From: Rhodosorus marinus CCMP1338
Taxonomy: Eukaryota; Plantae; Rhodophyta
Direction of reading: 5' to 3'
Assembly (NCBI GenBank): GCA_029953675.1
Contig: JAMWBK010000006.1
Coordinates: 558,001-622,000 of the forward strand
Length of the DNA: 64,000 bases
Position 1 is the stretch's first letter. Every line of letters begins with the position of its first letter. The position numbers and the translations under genes are program-made. The notes beneath the pieces were generated by a model that ran no database searches, was not told where the DNA came from, and was given only the letters and a program-made list of their open reading frames with translations. This document shows positions 35,962 to 49,600 of the stretch, one piece after another.

Positions 35962-37985
35962 CCTTCACCAGAACAACATTACTGCCGTGGAATAACAGAA
36001 TTTCCCGTAGATCATACTCCTTCCATTGGGAAATAGGTTCACGCAAGTGCGTCAATTTCGCGACTAATCCACAACGTAGGCAACACGCATAACCGCGCTC
36101 CCCCCAGATTTTAAGAAAACGAACTTTCTAGGCGAGCAGATTCACGCGCCGCCCCTTCCTTCTCCTCTCAGCTCCAATTAAACACGCACCAAAGCTACTG
36201 AAACAGGCGCGAGCAAGCTCTCTAACCCGGCTTGTCTATCACCGCTCCAAAAAACTCACCCAACCCACCACGCTCACGCACAGCCCGACAAAGAGCAACC
36301 AGGACAACACACCCCCGATCCAACGCAAAAGGAACAAGATAACCCACTTTCCTCGAAAACAGTTTTTCCACCTCTCACACTCCAACAAAAAAAAACAACC
36401 AAAAGCAAACACCACCGCACCCTAAATCCTCCCTTTTCTCCACCCCCAAGAAAGTCCGCGGCCAATCTATCCACCCCCCCCCTTTCCCTCTCAACCCCGA
36501 AACAAAACACAGAAAAAACTCAGGATAATACCAAACCTTCCTGAAGAAGTGGGGAACCACTTCTTCCGTCTCCAGTACGTCTCTAAACAAAACCCTCTTT
36601 CGTTCTCCTTTCCAACAAAACCAAAAAAAAAGCAAAAGAACGAAAGCAACAATTGGCACTGCTTCCAGCTCTTCACCCTGTCGATCCCTCTCCTTTCATC
36701 ACCTTCGCCAAATAGCTGGAAGCCAAATATGAGGAGAGTCTTCTAACACGTACACACACGACGATTCCATTTTTGACGGATGTTTCCGAAGTTTCCGATC
36801 CTTCGTATCTATATTAAAGTCGTTTTTTCTAGTCTAGAATGTTTTGGGTTTGTGGTGTTCATGATTCCCTTTACAAGTCTATAAATATCATATATTTGGC
36901 AAGTATATTTTGGGGTATGTTTTCTATTCTAGGGGAATGATCTAGTTTAGATTCGAGTGGATCTACATGTAGGGTTTGGGTCGGACAGATGAGGTTTTTG
37001 TGTTGGTCGCAGTTGGAGAGTGTGTCTGCTTGGCGGCTGCTGAGAGATTAAGATCAGTCGACGACAAGCCTTCTAAACGCAACCAAAGCTTTCGAGCTCT
37101 CGAGTCTGTGTCGCCCGGAAGTGTGGTGCATTCCCAGGTTTTGGTTAGGATGTCTGCCTGCGGACAGGTGAGAGGCCAAGCACGCTCCGGGGTTAGCTGA
37201 TAGGCCTGGAAACCTCAAATAGATCCATTTCATCCACCAACCAATCGCCAAGCTCTCCGGTCGATAGTCATTTTCACAGGCTGGCTTACAGACATCCTTG
37301 GTCTAACGGACAGGCTGTCTTATCTAATCCGGTGGACGGTTATCCTTTGAGCAAGAAGGACCCTCGGCCCTGGAGGGAAGCAAGCTGCTGCAAAAAATTT
37401 GAAAAGACGTAAGCATACGATCAGGAAGATCCCCCACCAAAGAAAAAGCCAGACCTCTCTTTTGTTTCTTCGTTTTGGTATCGGCTCCAAGCCTTGAGCA
37501 CCAAATCCGCGGACCACACCACAACTTCCCTGTACACATTAGTTTTGAACTGTGAAGAGGACCTGATCCGTACTAATAAGAAAAGACTAGGGCCATGCAA
37601 GAAGAGGGTTCAGTCTTTGTTTCTCCTCCAGCTCCTGAGTCTCAGTCTCCAACGCGTTGAGCTCTCAAGTCAACCCAGAGCTCCAGAAATCGGATGATTC
37701 ACCCCTCTCAACAAGTACTCATTTTTCCACGGCTTAAAGCTTGAGGGCATTCATTTTTCGAGTGTCGCCATCGCTTTCCTTCAGACTTGCCCTGACCCTG
37801 CTTGAAAGGACTCGATGCCCACCACTTGGAGATAGGATCAAGGAGCTGCCGCGGGCGTGGATGGCGGTATGGACAATGTACGCAAACGATGGCATCAATG
37901 GCTTTGAAGTCTGCGGACAGGAACGAGGAAAGCTGATTCATAGGATTTAATTGTAGAGGCGGGGAACAGATTGAACTCAGGCCTT

Positions 37986-39971
37986 ATGTTTAGTCTCTAC
38001 GGCGACCTACCGGCGCCGAAAGGTGGTGCTGACGAGGCACCTGACAAGCCGGAAGAGGACGACAGGAAGAAGAAAGCTCAAGAAAAACCCAAGGAGACTG
38101 CTAAGCTAGGGAAGGTAAAAGCAGAGGCTCCTTCGGGTAGCTCGAATATCTCGTGGTCAGGTGCATCAAACAAGTTCTTGGCTCCGCCGTTGCATATCCT
38201 GAAGAAACGACAGAATCAGGAGTCTTCCGCTTCACAGAAAAAGTTGGCAATCGACAGACTGAAAAAACCGAAGCCTCCTGGCTCGACTGTTGTTTCGAAC
38301 TCCTCAGTCACGAACGAGAAGTCGCCGTTACCCGCTCACGGAGGGGAGCAACCTCCGTCCAGCAGTGCGACGCTGTACAACGTAACCCGTGGATCTGAAG
38401 AGGTAGATTTGTATGACCCTTTTCGACCGAATGACTACGAAGCAGTTCTTGAGGATAAGGAAAACAGGCAGATTAAGACCTCTTTTGAGGATGGACGGTA
38501 TCGTATCAATGACGGAGCACCTTGGATCATCCTACTTGCTCTTACCAAACTCTTTGTTGCAGAGATCGAATGCGCTCGCATAGAGCCGGCGACGAGGAGG
38601 GGTATAGACATCGTGATGAAGCGCATGCTCCTCCGCCGAGATCGTCCCACGATGAGCATCACCGGGCAGCAGATCCGCACCCGGCAGGAAGACCAGACCA
38701 AAGCAGCTTGAAGGTATGAGCCGCGTGCGATGAAGACCACGGTTGGATAGGTCTAATACTCTTACCTCTCGTCGCTTTTCTAGGTATCTGGGGAGGAAGC
38801 CTATGAGAGACGTGCACGCCTTCGAGTATCAGGGGAAGAAGCCTTTCGAGCCAGGGCGAACAGGGGCAAGAGCTTCCCTGATCAACCACAAGGCGCGGAT
38901 CGAGCTCAAGCTCGCCAAGCCGACGCTGTTCCCGATCGAAGGGACCTCAAGGTAAGAGAAGCAAAGTCCTTTTGTAGAAGTGATTCCAAAGATTCGGTTT
39001 TGTTCTGCACTAAGCATTCTGCCCCGTCCAGATTTCTGGTGACGAAGCGTACGCGAGACGTGCCAATTTAAGCATGAGTGGCGAGGATGCGTTCATAGCG
39101 CGAGCGAACAAAAGGATGAGAAGTGGACCTACTGAGAGAGCCTCTTCCTATCAGCCACCTGGTCCGCCCCCGAAGTCATCTGGAGGCAACGCAGGAGCGA
39201 AGATGATGGCGGTGATGGGTTGGAAGCATGGCAAAGGATTGGGCAAGGATGCGCAAGGTTGGTTGCATCCATGGAACGTGAGGGGGACATCGATTTGCTT
39301 TGCGCACGTTAACTTTCTGCGTGCGTTTTGGACAGGCATTGTTCAGCCGCTAAAGGCCAGTGTCCAGACCCAACGCGGTGGTGTTGGAGGCTCGGGACAA
39401 ACAGGTGGAGGAGACTGGGATGATGAGGGGCCTGCTTTTGAACCTAATTCTCGAGGAAAGAAGGTTACATCCCATAGCACTGTCATTCTACTAACAAACA
39501 TGGCACTGCCAAATGAAGTCGACCCAGAACTGGAACGGGAAACTGCGGATGAGTGCTCAAAGGTAGTTGAAAGCATGGCCTCCGCTGGTGTGCTGCATGA
39601 AGAAGTTGACATTGAGATTGACCGGAAAGATTTCTCTGCTGCCTTCTTGTTGACTCAACCGAAAGTATGGACGTGTTGAGAGCTGCTTTGTTTACGAGGA
39701 AAAGAGCGCGGATGTAAAGCCTGAATTCGCCGTAAGAATCTTCGTCAAGTTCGCAGAAGCATCGGTGAGTCGAGATTTATTGCAGAAATCAAACGGCGTT
39801 TCTGGTGCTCAACTGTCTGTGTTCTGGTTGAGAACGTTGTAGGCGGCAATGAAGGCGCTGATGGATCTGGACGGCCGATTTTTCGACGGCCGCGTTGTGC
39901 GCGCAAGTTTCTTTTCCGAGGGGAAGTTTAGCGCGCGAGAATTCAGTATCGAGGATCAGGACGAGGATTGA
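37986..39971 (+). CDS. SPF45: Splicing factor 45 (SPF45/RBM17; G-patch + UHM), multi-exon
   Basis: MFSLYGDLP; YDPFRPNDYE; G-patch GAKMMAVMGWKHGKGLGKDAQG/GIVQPL; UHM VILLTNM..ELERETADECSK..KALMDLDGRFFDGRVVRASFF. Confidence 0.9.
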
Positions 39972-40250
39972 TCACGTTTACTGAAAATCTGAAGACGGAT
40001 GCATCTTCTTTGCAGTTCAACTGAACATTCTCCAGCGACAAAAATATATGTTCTTCAAAAGAAATAGTTGCTGAGGACAAAACGATGTGTGTGCTCATGT
40101 ACAGTGGGCCATGTACAGTGGTCGGCTACGTAGCTGCAATTGAAAAGTCTGCCGTGGTCAAAATCTGGTCCCTTTCATTGTTCTCCAAAGCCGTAATACC
40201 CCTTCTCAGGATTCGGTGGTGGAGGGCTTGCCGTTTGCGCTTGAATAATT

Positions 40251-41183
40251 CTACTCAATGACGAGCCTTCCTTTGTAATCGAAGGCAATACACGCGTCCA
40301 CTAAAGCATGGCACAGAAAATTGAAGAAGATGATGGATTACTAAGAATAGGCCACTTTGAGGGGAGAAGAAGACTTGTTGAGGAGCGTACCGAGCCAGCA
40401 TTCTTGATACTGACCGTTGTCCCAGACTTTCTTGATGCCAAGGTTCCACAAAAACTTCCTCTCGTTCCCCGTGAAGTCAGTAATCAGCGAAACGGCACTC
40501 GCACGTCGCCCTCCTGACGTTATCTGGATTCGCAACGGGACATGAGGTTATTTCAGCAGGGGGTTCTTGATGTTAAGGGGGCGGCAAAGTAGGGTATGGA
40601 GCCCACCGTGACGGAAGAAAGTTGCCATTCCTTGCAGTCCACAAGCATTGCGTAAATGCTGCTCTTCACAAACTTCGCAAAGTCGTTTGCCTGGAAAGGG
40701 AAGAGAAATGCGGTCGACACTGTCAGGTTTCGAGCAACACCCACCCACCCACCCAAAAAGTTAACTGGAACGGGTTGCGTTGCTCACTGATCCTCCAACA
40801 GACATGCGGTTCATAGGCGCTGCAAATTCGAAGGCAGTCGCAATTCCCGCGTCAATCTCCGGGAAATCGTTTCTCTGCAGTGCCATGAGCTGTATCCTTA
40901 TGGTATCTTCCACACTAAGACCCTCTCGTGGAGCACGGTCAAGAAGTGGCACCACGGGTGGCAGCTCAAAACCAGTTTCATTCTCACGGATTCGATTCAG
41001 CTCACCGTGCAACTTGGAGCTGCTCTTCTTCAAATTCTCGATTTGATTCCTCAGGATATTTTCGCCCTCAAACCCGTCCACGTTGTTGCTCATGATAAGC
41101 AGTCTGCTCCTCCTCGAAACCAGTCCCTTGGAGCCAGCATGCCCAGGCCTCACCCATACCCCACTCACAAACCCCGTCTCCAT
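40251..41183 (-). CDS. Plastid-targeted DUF4864-like protein, about 4 exons
   Basis: Transit-like METGFVSGVW..VSRRSRLLIM; domain IRIQLMALQRNDFP..DAGIATAFEFAAPMNR..FAKFVKSSIYAMLV..GQYQECWL/VDAC. Family assignment from memory of motif pattern. Confidence 0.65.
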
Positions 41184-42790
41184 AAGAAACACTGACAAAA
41201 CGAACAACAACAAAAGCTTTCAAACAGGCCAAACTGACGAAAACCCCGCGGCTTGCAGTCTCCCTCAGGTCTAAACCTTACTCCACAATATCAAGTTTCT
41301 CTCAGACCTTGCTAGCTAACAGTAGCCATCCCCCATGGCCCCTCTCATACCTCTTCACCATCACACCTTGCGTGTTTCTTCCCCTCCCTCAATCCTCTCT
41401 TAACCTCAATGCATCTCCAAAATTCCGCCAGACCCAACTCCCCCTCCATTTCTCAAACAGCGAGATTGACTGCCATTTCAAATCCCTTGAAAAGTCATCC
41501 TAAAAACCACAAAAAAAGACCCACCAAAAAAATTCCATGATTCCACTCAATTTTTCCCCTTTTTCCCTGTGCATTGAAACATTGACCAACATCTTTTGGC
41601 CCGGAAATTATTTTCAAGAAAAGACATTCCATTCCATTCGGAGCATTCAACGTAAAGCATATTTTGGAAACGCCTCCATAATACGCTTTTTTCAAAAGTT
41701 TTAGTGGTTTGATCGATGTTCATTGGACTAGAGGTAGTTTACTGGTGATGATTGGTTAAAATGAGATCGTTTCCAATCAAATGCAGATTTCTTGTCTTGG
41801 GCGTTTTTTTTATTGTTCTTTGGTGTTTTTCAGTTGGGGATTGGGGATTGGGGGAGGTGAACTTGGGCTAAAGGTCATGTCCATCTCAAAGCAGTGGCGT
41901 TGGAGTGTTTGGACAAGTGGAATTGGGAACTTGTTGAAGACCTCCTGCTTGATATGAGCTTGGGAATCACCTTTTTCTTAAGTTGCTTGTTATATCTTCA
42001 AGTCATTGTCTTCAGCCAAATGTAAACTCCTTGAGAAAAAATCGGCTCGTCAGCTTCCAAACGTTTGAAGAGTAGCTGAGGTTCGAGTTGGGATTTGTGG
42101 TGTTGGGCAGTTAGGAGTAGCAGAAACGCCCCCACAGAAGAAATTTCCGTTGTAGCACTCCACAAGGCGTTCCGTGCACAGATTTTAGGCTTCTGCTACG
42201 GAAAACCTCCAAGGACGACAAAGTCCAGGTTTCAGACTGGCGTGAATGGAGAATATCTGCCAATTTATCAAACGGAGAGCTTCAAGCCTCAGAACCAGCG
42301 AACCCATTTCTAATCTGTTCAGCCTTCTGTACTTCTTCACAGCACTTTTTCACTGAAGAGCAACAGGCCCCAGACTCTGCATTCTTCGCACAGCAACTGG
42401 TGCTCTCACATACGTTTTAATTTCTATAATACAGTGAGTTTCTTGTTAGCCACCTCGCGGAGGGGCGTCCCGGAATCGTCTGGGCCCAGACTGTCTGGTG
42501 GTTGGAACAAAGGAAGTAGGGCTTGTTGTACTCCCTGGTGCCTACATGGCATGTTGAGGAGGATCAGTAAATGGATATCCTTCGTGTGCTCTGCGACGGA
42601 GGGGGAAGTACAAAGTGATGGCGACTATTCTGCTTCCCCCGAAGGCAATTGCTGGTTCCTTACTGCTGCTCGAGACGCGCTCCGAGGCTCCCTTTTACAG
42701 AGAATGGAGGAATGGTACCTATCAAAAGCTCCCATTGTTCTGCTTGGGATGAGCTCTTGATTTTTTCTCATATGGCCCCGCTGGAGGGCC

Positions 42791-43709
42791 TCAGACCTCC
42801 GGCTTCTTCCCCTTGCGTCCGACTTCCATGAGAGGGCTCTTCCGTCGTTTCAACTCCGTACCCTGTTCGCTCTCTTCACTAGTGTCATTGCCCTCAAGCG
42901 CATCTGCCGTAGTCCGATTTCGGAAGGTTTCCTCTAAGTTCGTTATGTTCACAAGAACTTCCTTACCGAATTGGGTGGCATAAGCAAGTAGAGCCTCCTT
43001 ATCCGCTCTCCAATGGAAACGGATTCTAGGTCCACCTTTCCGGCTTGAGATTGAAGGGCTTGCGGATTCTCGAGGGAGTCCGTACTGCAGTTCCTTGATT
43101 GTACAGTTGCAGTCAGTTTGGACTGTACTCAAAAAGACTTTCGATTTGAAACTAAACGCGGGGTTGAGATATTTCGACGCTGCCTTACCATTGCATTGAA
43201 ACCCAGGGGCATATGGTGTCCAGAGTGCCGCAAATTCGCCTTGATAACGTACCATCCTTTGACAAGGTTCGTGGGTATCGCACCAAAGACTCGCCTCAGG
43301 AGGCCTTTCTTGGGACGATGGTGCCTCGACTCCTCCAAAGATCTGTCATCGAGTTCACGCAGCTGTCCATTTTGGAAAATAACTTCAATTCTCAAGTACA
43401 GGTAGATTATGTTGCTTGTCTTGCAAAAACCTACCGTGACTGCGGACTGACAGTCGATGCGCGCCCTCACCTTAATCTTGCTGACTGTTCGGAGCTCGCG
43501 CTGCCCCAAACGAGTTGGTTCGCGCGAGAACTTGCACACGAACGCAGCACTTCTGGTGCGGACGATCTTAGGACGAGAAGATTAGAACGAACCTTCCGCA
43601 ATGCCTCATCTCTGCTTGAGCCGAGGCATGCACCTTCAACAGAAAAAAATTTCAGCTTTTTCTCCTCCGAGATTTCGGATAGCGGACAACAATAGCAAGC
43701 ATAGCACAC
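42791..43709 (-). CDS. Hypothetical protein (exon structure unresolved)
   Basis: Three overlapping minus-strand ORFs (80-154 aa) with several GT/AG signals; a competing + ORF 43213-43695 also exists. No recognised domain. Confidence 0.3.
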
Positions 43710-44337
43710 ATACCTAGCTGCACGGCATCTGCTGTAGTCTCATTCTCTCCACCCTAGATATCCTTCCTCTCCTCAGCCACCCTTCTTACCCCGTCCACAT
43801 TCTTCTCCATAACTCCCAGCAAGGGCCAATTTCTGGCAATGCTTTCACTCCCAAGCCATCGAAACCCGCACAGCCCACACACACTACCTGCGACCTTAAA
43901 CCACAGCTAGAGACAAAAATCCAAAACTGTTACTCCGCTTAGCGGCTGCGTATCATTCAACCTTCATGGATCAAGACACGTTCCGAGGAAGACACCATGA
44001 AGGACTCTGACATCTGTACTGAGCTCCAGCTGCCTAAGGCATGCAAGCGGCTCAGCAGTATGCCAAACCTTCAATCTGGAAGGCTGATTCCTAGTAAAAG
44101 CTACAAGAAACGCAAGCGGTAAAGTTCTAAATTTTCCTGAATAAAACTTAATATTGAATCCCCTCAATCTATTCTGTTCCATCAGAGGAGAAAAGACTCC
44201 TTAGATTCCCTATTCACGCCCGATGAGTGAGGAATAATTCATAATAAAGAAATATAGTTCTTAATGAAGAATCAACAATACCCCCAAATGAATATAGTTG
44301 ATTGATTCGACGGGAAAAAGATTGACCCTCTGTTCAT

Positions 44338-44346
44338 GGCCGTCGA
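44338..44346 (-). promoter_or_regulatory. TCGACGGCC motif (reverse strand) upstream of eIF3e
   Basis: ggccgtcga on the + strand, about 450 bp before the eIF3e ATG. Confidence 0.35.
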
Positions 44347-44793
44347 CCGACCGTATGCACAAAAAACTTTTAAAAAAGGGGCCAAGTCTGTCTTGGGACG
44401 GGGCGTATTAGTCGCCAATTTCCGGTCTCTGTTCTTGGCTAGCTTGATGGTATGAAAATTTGAGGTTTTGACGACCTTTTGTTTTTTGGGGCGTTTGCGT
44501 GAAGATGAAGCTTTGAAGGAGCTCTTGGGGCTTTCGGGCTGTTGGGAAGGAGACCACGTAAGCTTTTTCGTGTAGGTGAAAAGGTTGTGCGTTTTGTAGT
44601 CTTCTTTTTTGTTTCGTTGTTGATGAGAACGGTGGAGAGTAAGGGATCACTTTTTTAGGGCTCGTTTCGCATCTTTTTCGAAAGACCGTGCTGAGTGGAA
44701 TTCTATCGAGGTTTTTGGCGGTTCTTTTCTGGGTTGCCCGAGTGTTTGTTTCTCTCCGTTCGTCGTTTTGGTTTTTGTTTGAAGCTTTGAGCG

Positions 44794-46335
44794 ATGGGCG
44801 AAATGGAGGAACCTAGCTACGACTTGACCAGGTCGGTTTGTCAGTATTTGGATCGGCATCTGGCTTTTCCCCTGCTTGAGTTTCTGGAGATGAACGAGAG
44901 CGGACTATCGGTAAGAAGCTATAGATATCGTTTCGATTGGAAGTGTTTGAGGCACAGGTTGGTTGCTCATGTGCTTTTCTTGACTCCGTCTTCTCCTTTT
45001 TGAGCAGCCATACGACCGGGAATCAGTCGTAGCGGCAAAATTGGATCTTCTTCTCAATACGAACATGATCGATTTCGCGGTCGATATCTATCGAGAAGTA
45101 CACAACACTGATACCCCGCCAGATGATCTGATGGACAGACGAAATGAAGTGCTTATGGTTTTAGGGGGACTTCAGGACGTGTGCTCACCATTCCTCGTCA
45201 TATTCGAGGATGAAGCAAAGCTGGCAGAATTGCAAGAAGAGAATCTCTTCAACATGCAGCATCTGGAGACCCTCGGCATTACAGATGAGACTCTGGAATA
45301 TTTGTACGATTATAGCAAGTTCCAATTCGACTGTGGAAATTATTCAGCGACCTCGGAGTACCTGGCCGTGTACAGACTGCTGCAGACTAAGAATCCGGAG
45401 AGAGAATTTGCCGCTTTATGGGGAAAGTTGGCTGCCGATATTCTCATGCAGTCTTGGGACAGCGCTGCCGAAGGTTTGAACCAGCTTAAGGACGAAATCG
45501 AGTCCCACTCGAAGCAAGATGACTTCAATCCGCTTCAGTCTCTGCAACAGAGAACGTGGCTGATACACTGGGGACTCTTCGTGTTCTTCAATCATCCAAC
45601 GGGGAAAAGTCTCATCATTGAGATGCTCTTCCAGGACAAGTACCTCCACACAATTCAGACGAATTGCCCTCACATCCTGCGCTATCTGACGGTGGCGGTC
45701 CTTATCAACAAGAAACGGAGAAATGTTCTCAAGGATTTGGTTCGGGTAGTTCAGCAAGAGCAGTACAGCTACCACGATCCAATAACCGAGTTTGTGGAAG
45801 CTCTGTATGTGAACTTCGATTTCGAAGGCGCTCAGAACATGCTCCAAAAGTGTGAGGACACGATTAGGGGAGATTTCTTCTTGGTGGGCTGTTTGGACGA
45901 GTTCGTGGAAAGCGCACGATTGACTGTATTCGAGATATATTGCCGTATTCATAAATGTATTGACATAGACATGCTCGCAGGAAAGCTTAACATGGATCGC
46001 GAGTCGGCGGAGAGGTGAGGTGGAGAACCACCGGTGGTTGTTTTTTTTTCGCCAGCGCATTTTGTTAGCAAGCTTCTCACACATAGTTCTCTTCCCTCAG
46101 GTGGATTGTGAATTTGATACGGACAGCGCGCCTCGACGCTAAGATCGACAGCCAGGCGAACCAAGTTCTCATGGGAGTGAGAATTCCTAGTATTCACGAA
46201 CAAGTGGTGGAAAGCACAAAAGGCTTGATTGTACGATCGAACAACTTGATACAGTTCCTAAACCGGGGCGTGGTAGGACAAGAAGGCGGCTATAGACCGC
46301 ATTGGAGAGGTGGAAAGCAAGATCGTAGACAATAG
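44794..46335 (+). CDS. EIF3E: Translation initiation factor 3 subunit E (INT6), 3 exons
   Basis: YDLTRSVCQYLDRHLAFPLLEFL..LLLNTNMIDF..YDYSKFQFDCGNYS..ALWGKLA..QRTWLIHWGLF..PHILRYL..YHDPIT..FEIYCRIH..WIVNLIRTARLDAKID. Confidence 0.97.
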
Positions 46336-46605
46336 GTTTTCGCTTGCGAAGTGGTAATCTAAAACAACTATTCTTTACAAATTTCACGTCCTTGATTTCA
46401 AAAACAAAACCGAGGGATGGGTAGAAATCTATAGTACAGCACGCTGAAGACAACGAGAAGCAGTATCTCTCGCTTATCTCGCTTTGATCAGCACAAATCC
46501 CTTCCCCGCTAGTCTACAACGCAAAGCCAACCGGAAACCTATGGTACCATTCCCTAGCCCCATAACATCCACCTCCAGCATCCAAACCTGGTTTCCGTCT
46601 CACCC

Positions 46606-49600
46606 TTAGATGGCCTTGTCTGTACCTGCCATCGCTTGGTATTTCTCCTTCACTCTCGTGTACATCCGGCGCATGTATGTGGTCGTTTTCTTCTGAGCGT
46701 TTGCTAGCTCATTTGGCCAGTCGAGTTCCAACGCACTGCGATAGAGCACTCTGATCCTTCGCTGCGCTCTGATCGCGACCGGACTATCCATCGCCATTCT
46801 GGTAAGCTCTGCACATGTTACTTTCTCGTCTAGGCGAGCTCTAAGACTTTCTACTTCCTGCAGAAGCCGGGAGTTCTCTTGATTCGCCGCCTTCAGTTTC
46901 TCAGAAAGAGCGTCAGCCTCTGCGTCACTTGCGGAAGCACTGGATTCACCAATCTTCCCCGGTGCACTGAAGCGCGAAGAAAGCTGCTTGTCGTAGGAGG
47001 AGAAACGCTCTTGGATGGACCGCTTCTCTTGCAACGCGCTCTGGAGCTGTTCTTCTAGTTCCCGAATAGATCCTTGCATGCTTTGGCCAACTTTGGCCTC
47101 TACCTCTGCCACTCGTTTCTGAACGTAGGATGTAACCGCTGGAGCGTTGATCACGTCCGCCAATGCAAAGTCCTGACCCACAGGAAGTTCCGCTCTCTGT
47201 TCCAACGCTTCATTTTTGGCCAACAGCTCCTTCACGCGATTTGTCGAAGCATCGAGTTCCTCCTGCAATCCATGAATCTTAGCTTGCATCGTGGACTCAT
47301 CTCCAACCGTGGTCGACTTCTGGATCTCCAAAAGTCTCTTTTCCTCTCCGACCTCTACGGCCTTGGTCACCCAATTCTCAAGCTCCACTTTCAGCTCAGA
47401 AATTTCTTTCAGTGCTTCCGTTTTCTCTTTTCTCAGCGTGTCGATCTCATCTGACATCGCTACGCCCGCGGAAGTGAAACCTCGAGAACTGACTTCTGGC
47501 TCACGCTCTTCTAGTCTACTAGTCACTTCTTCAAGTTCTTTCGCATGGGCGTCCTTGAGCTCTTCTCGCAGCGCTCTCAATTGTGCTTCATGCTCTTCTG
47601 AGCTAAGCATAATTGAACCAGCAGATGCTTTGGATGCCTCCGCGATTTCCTCCTCGAGCGCCTGACTTCGTTCGAACAAGTCCTTGCGTTCACTTTCAAG
47701 TTCGTCCTTCTGGGCAAGCAAACCATCCATCTCCTCCTGCATTTCCTCCATGCTCTTCTCGTGCTTTGATCTGAGCTCGATTTCTTGGTCCAACAGATCT
47801 CTCAATTTCGACAGTTCAACCTCTACTTCGCTGGACCTGGAAACTTGCTCAGCCATCCCAGATGCTTGCTCCTGCAAAGTTTCTAGCTCTTCACGAAGTT
47901 CTCGAGTTTCTCCATCACTGTCCTCCATGAGGGCAATTTTCTCGATCAAAGTTGCGTTCTCTGATATAAGCTCCCTATTGGTATCCGTTAATGTATGCAC
48001 TTGCTTCTCAGTCTCTGCGTATTTCACCCGCAAGCTGTCTTGTTCAGCAGTTGCTTCCTTTCTCTCAGCATCTGCGTCAGCGAGAACGGCCTCCAGCTCA
48101 GCGATCCTGCTCTCCGTGTCTTTTTTAGCCGCATCAAATGCATCTTGCTCGCTCGTGAGTTGAGCCCTCGTAGTTTCCAAAGTTGCCTCAATCTCTCTCA
48201 ATCTCTCGTTATCAACAGTTCTCGCCTTTTCTGTTTCAAGGCTAGTGACCGCCTCGTCACGAGAACTGATAAGCTCGCAGATCTCATCATCTTTTCTCTG
48301 TATAGTCTCTTCCAGTTCTGCGACAAGTCCCTCGACAGATTTCAGATGTTCCTGAGTGCTCACAGTTGCCTCCCGAGCCTCAGCATATTGCAATTGAAGT
48401 TCGTCCTTTTCTTTCGCCATCGTCGCGAGATCCTCACGCAAGGGTTCTATCTGTTGCTCCAAAACCTCCAACTCTTTCTTCAGGCTCTGGATCAAGGATA
48501 CGCTTTCTTGGTGCTCAAGTTCCGTGGAAGCCCTGGCAGCTGAGAGATCCTCGATCACCTTCTCAAGCTGTGCATCTTTCTCTCTGAGAACACTCTGCAG
48601 AAGTTCGTTTTGTGCCCGTAGCTCTGCCAAAGAAGAGCTCACTTCTGCAAGCTCCTCAGCCACTGTAGCCTCCTGACTCTTCGCCCGCTCAGCTTCATCC
48701 CCCTTCTTATTAAGATCGCTCTCCAGCGATTCATTCCGCGCTTCGAGCTCCAGCAGCTTCGACTCAAACCCTCTTAGCTCTCCAACCAGAGCTTCCTTTT
48801 CTTTAAGATCGCCCTGCAGCAACTCATTTTGCGCCTCGAGCTCCTCCAACCGAGCCTCAAACTCGGTAACCTTCTGAAGAGCCTCAGCTTTCTCGTTGGC
48901 ATCCTCTGCAAGTGCTTTGTTGACTCTGGCGAGTTCATCCACTTGCGCTTCGAATCCACGAAGTACATCAATCTCAGTCCTCTTTCCACTGAGGTCTGTT
49001 TCGAGTTCTTCTTTGCTCAGCTTCAGTGCACGTAGCTGCAATTCCATTTCAGCAACCCGCTCAACCACAGCAATTTTTGCTTCGACTTCGCTCGTCAGCT
49101 CATCGTTGCGGGTCCTGGCACTGTTCAACTGCGATTCCATCTCGCTTTTCTCGTGAGCGAGTCTAGAAACTACTTCCTCTTTTTCGGTCTGGAGTGCAGA
49201 TAGCTTTTCTTCTGCCCCGCTGGTGGCCAATCGTGAATCGTTTAGCTCTCTATCCCGTTCCGCAAGGCTGTTTTCGATACCCTCTAACTTCGCCCTCAAG
49301 TAAGAAAGTTCCGTTTCTTGAACTTCAGCGAGTGACTCCCTTGCGACCACCTCTTGCTCTTTCCTCTCGAAGTCTTCCTTTACGGTTTTCAGTTGTGATT
49401 CCAGGGCGGAAACTTTCTGGCGGCTCCTTTGCAGCTTCTTGCCGTAGACCTTTGATTGCTCCAAATCACGCGTTAACGATTCCTTCGCTGCCGCTAAGGT
49501 AGCGAGTGCCTCCTCTTGCTCACGGACCCTTTTCTTGAGCTCCGTATTTTCTTCCACAGCTGCAGTACTTTTATCCGAAGTTTCGATTGCAAGGGCGAGC

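Noticed and set aside
41834-41855. (TTGGGGA)3 telomere-like run
   Set aside because: Only three imperfect units within a generally G/T-rich leader; no evidence it matches the organism's telomere repeat.
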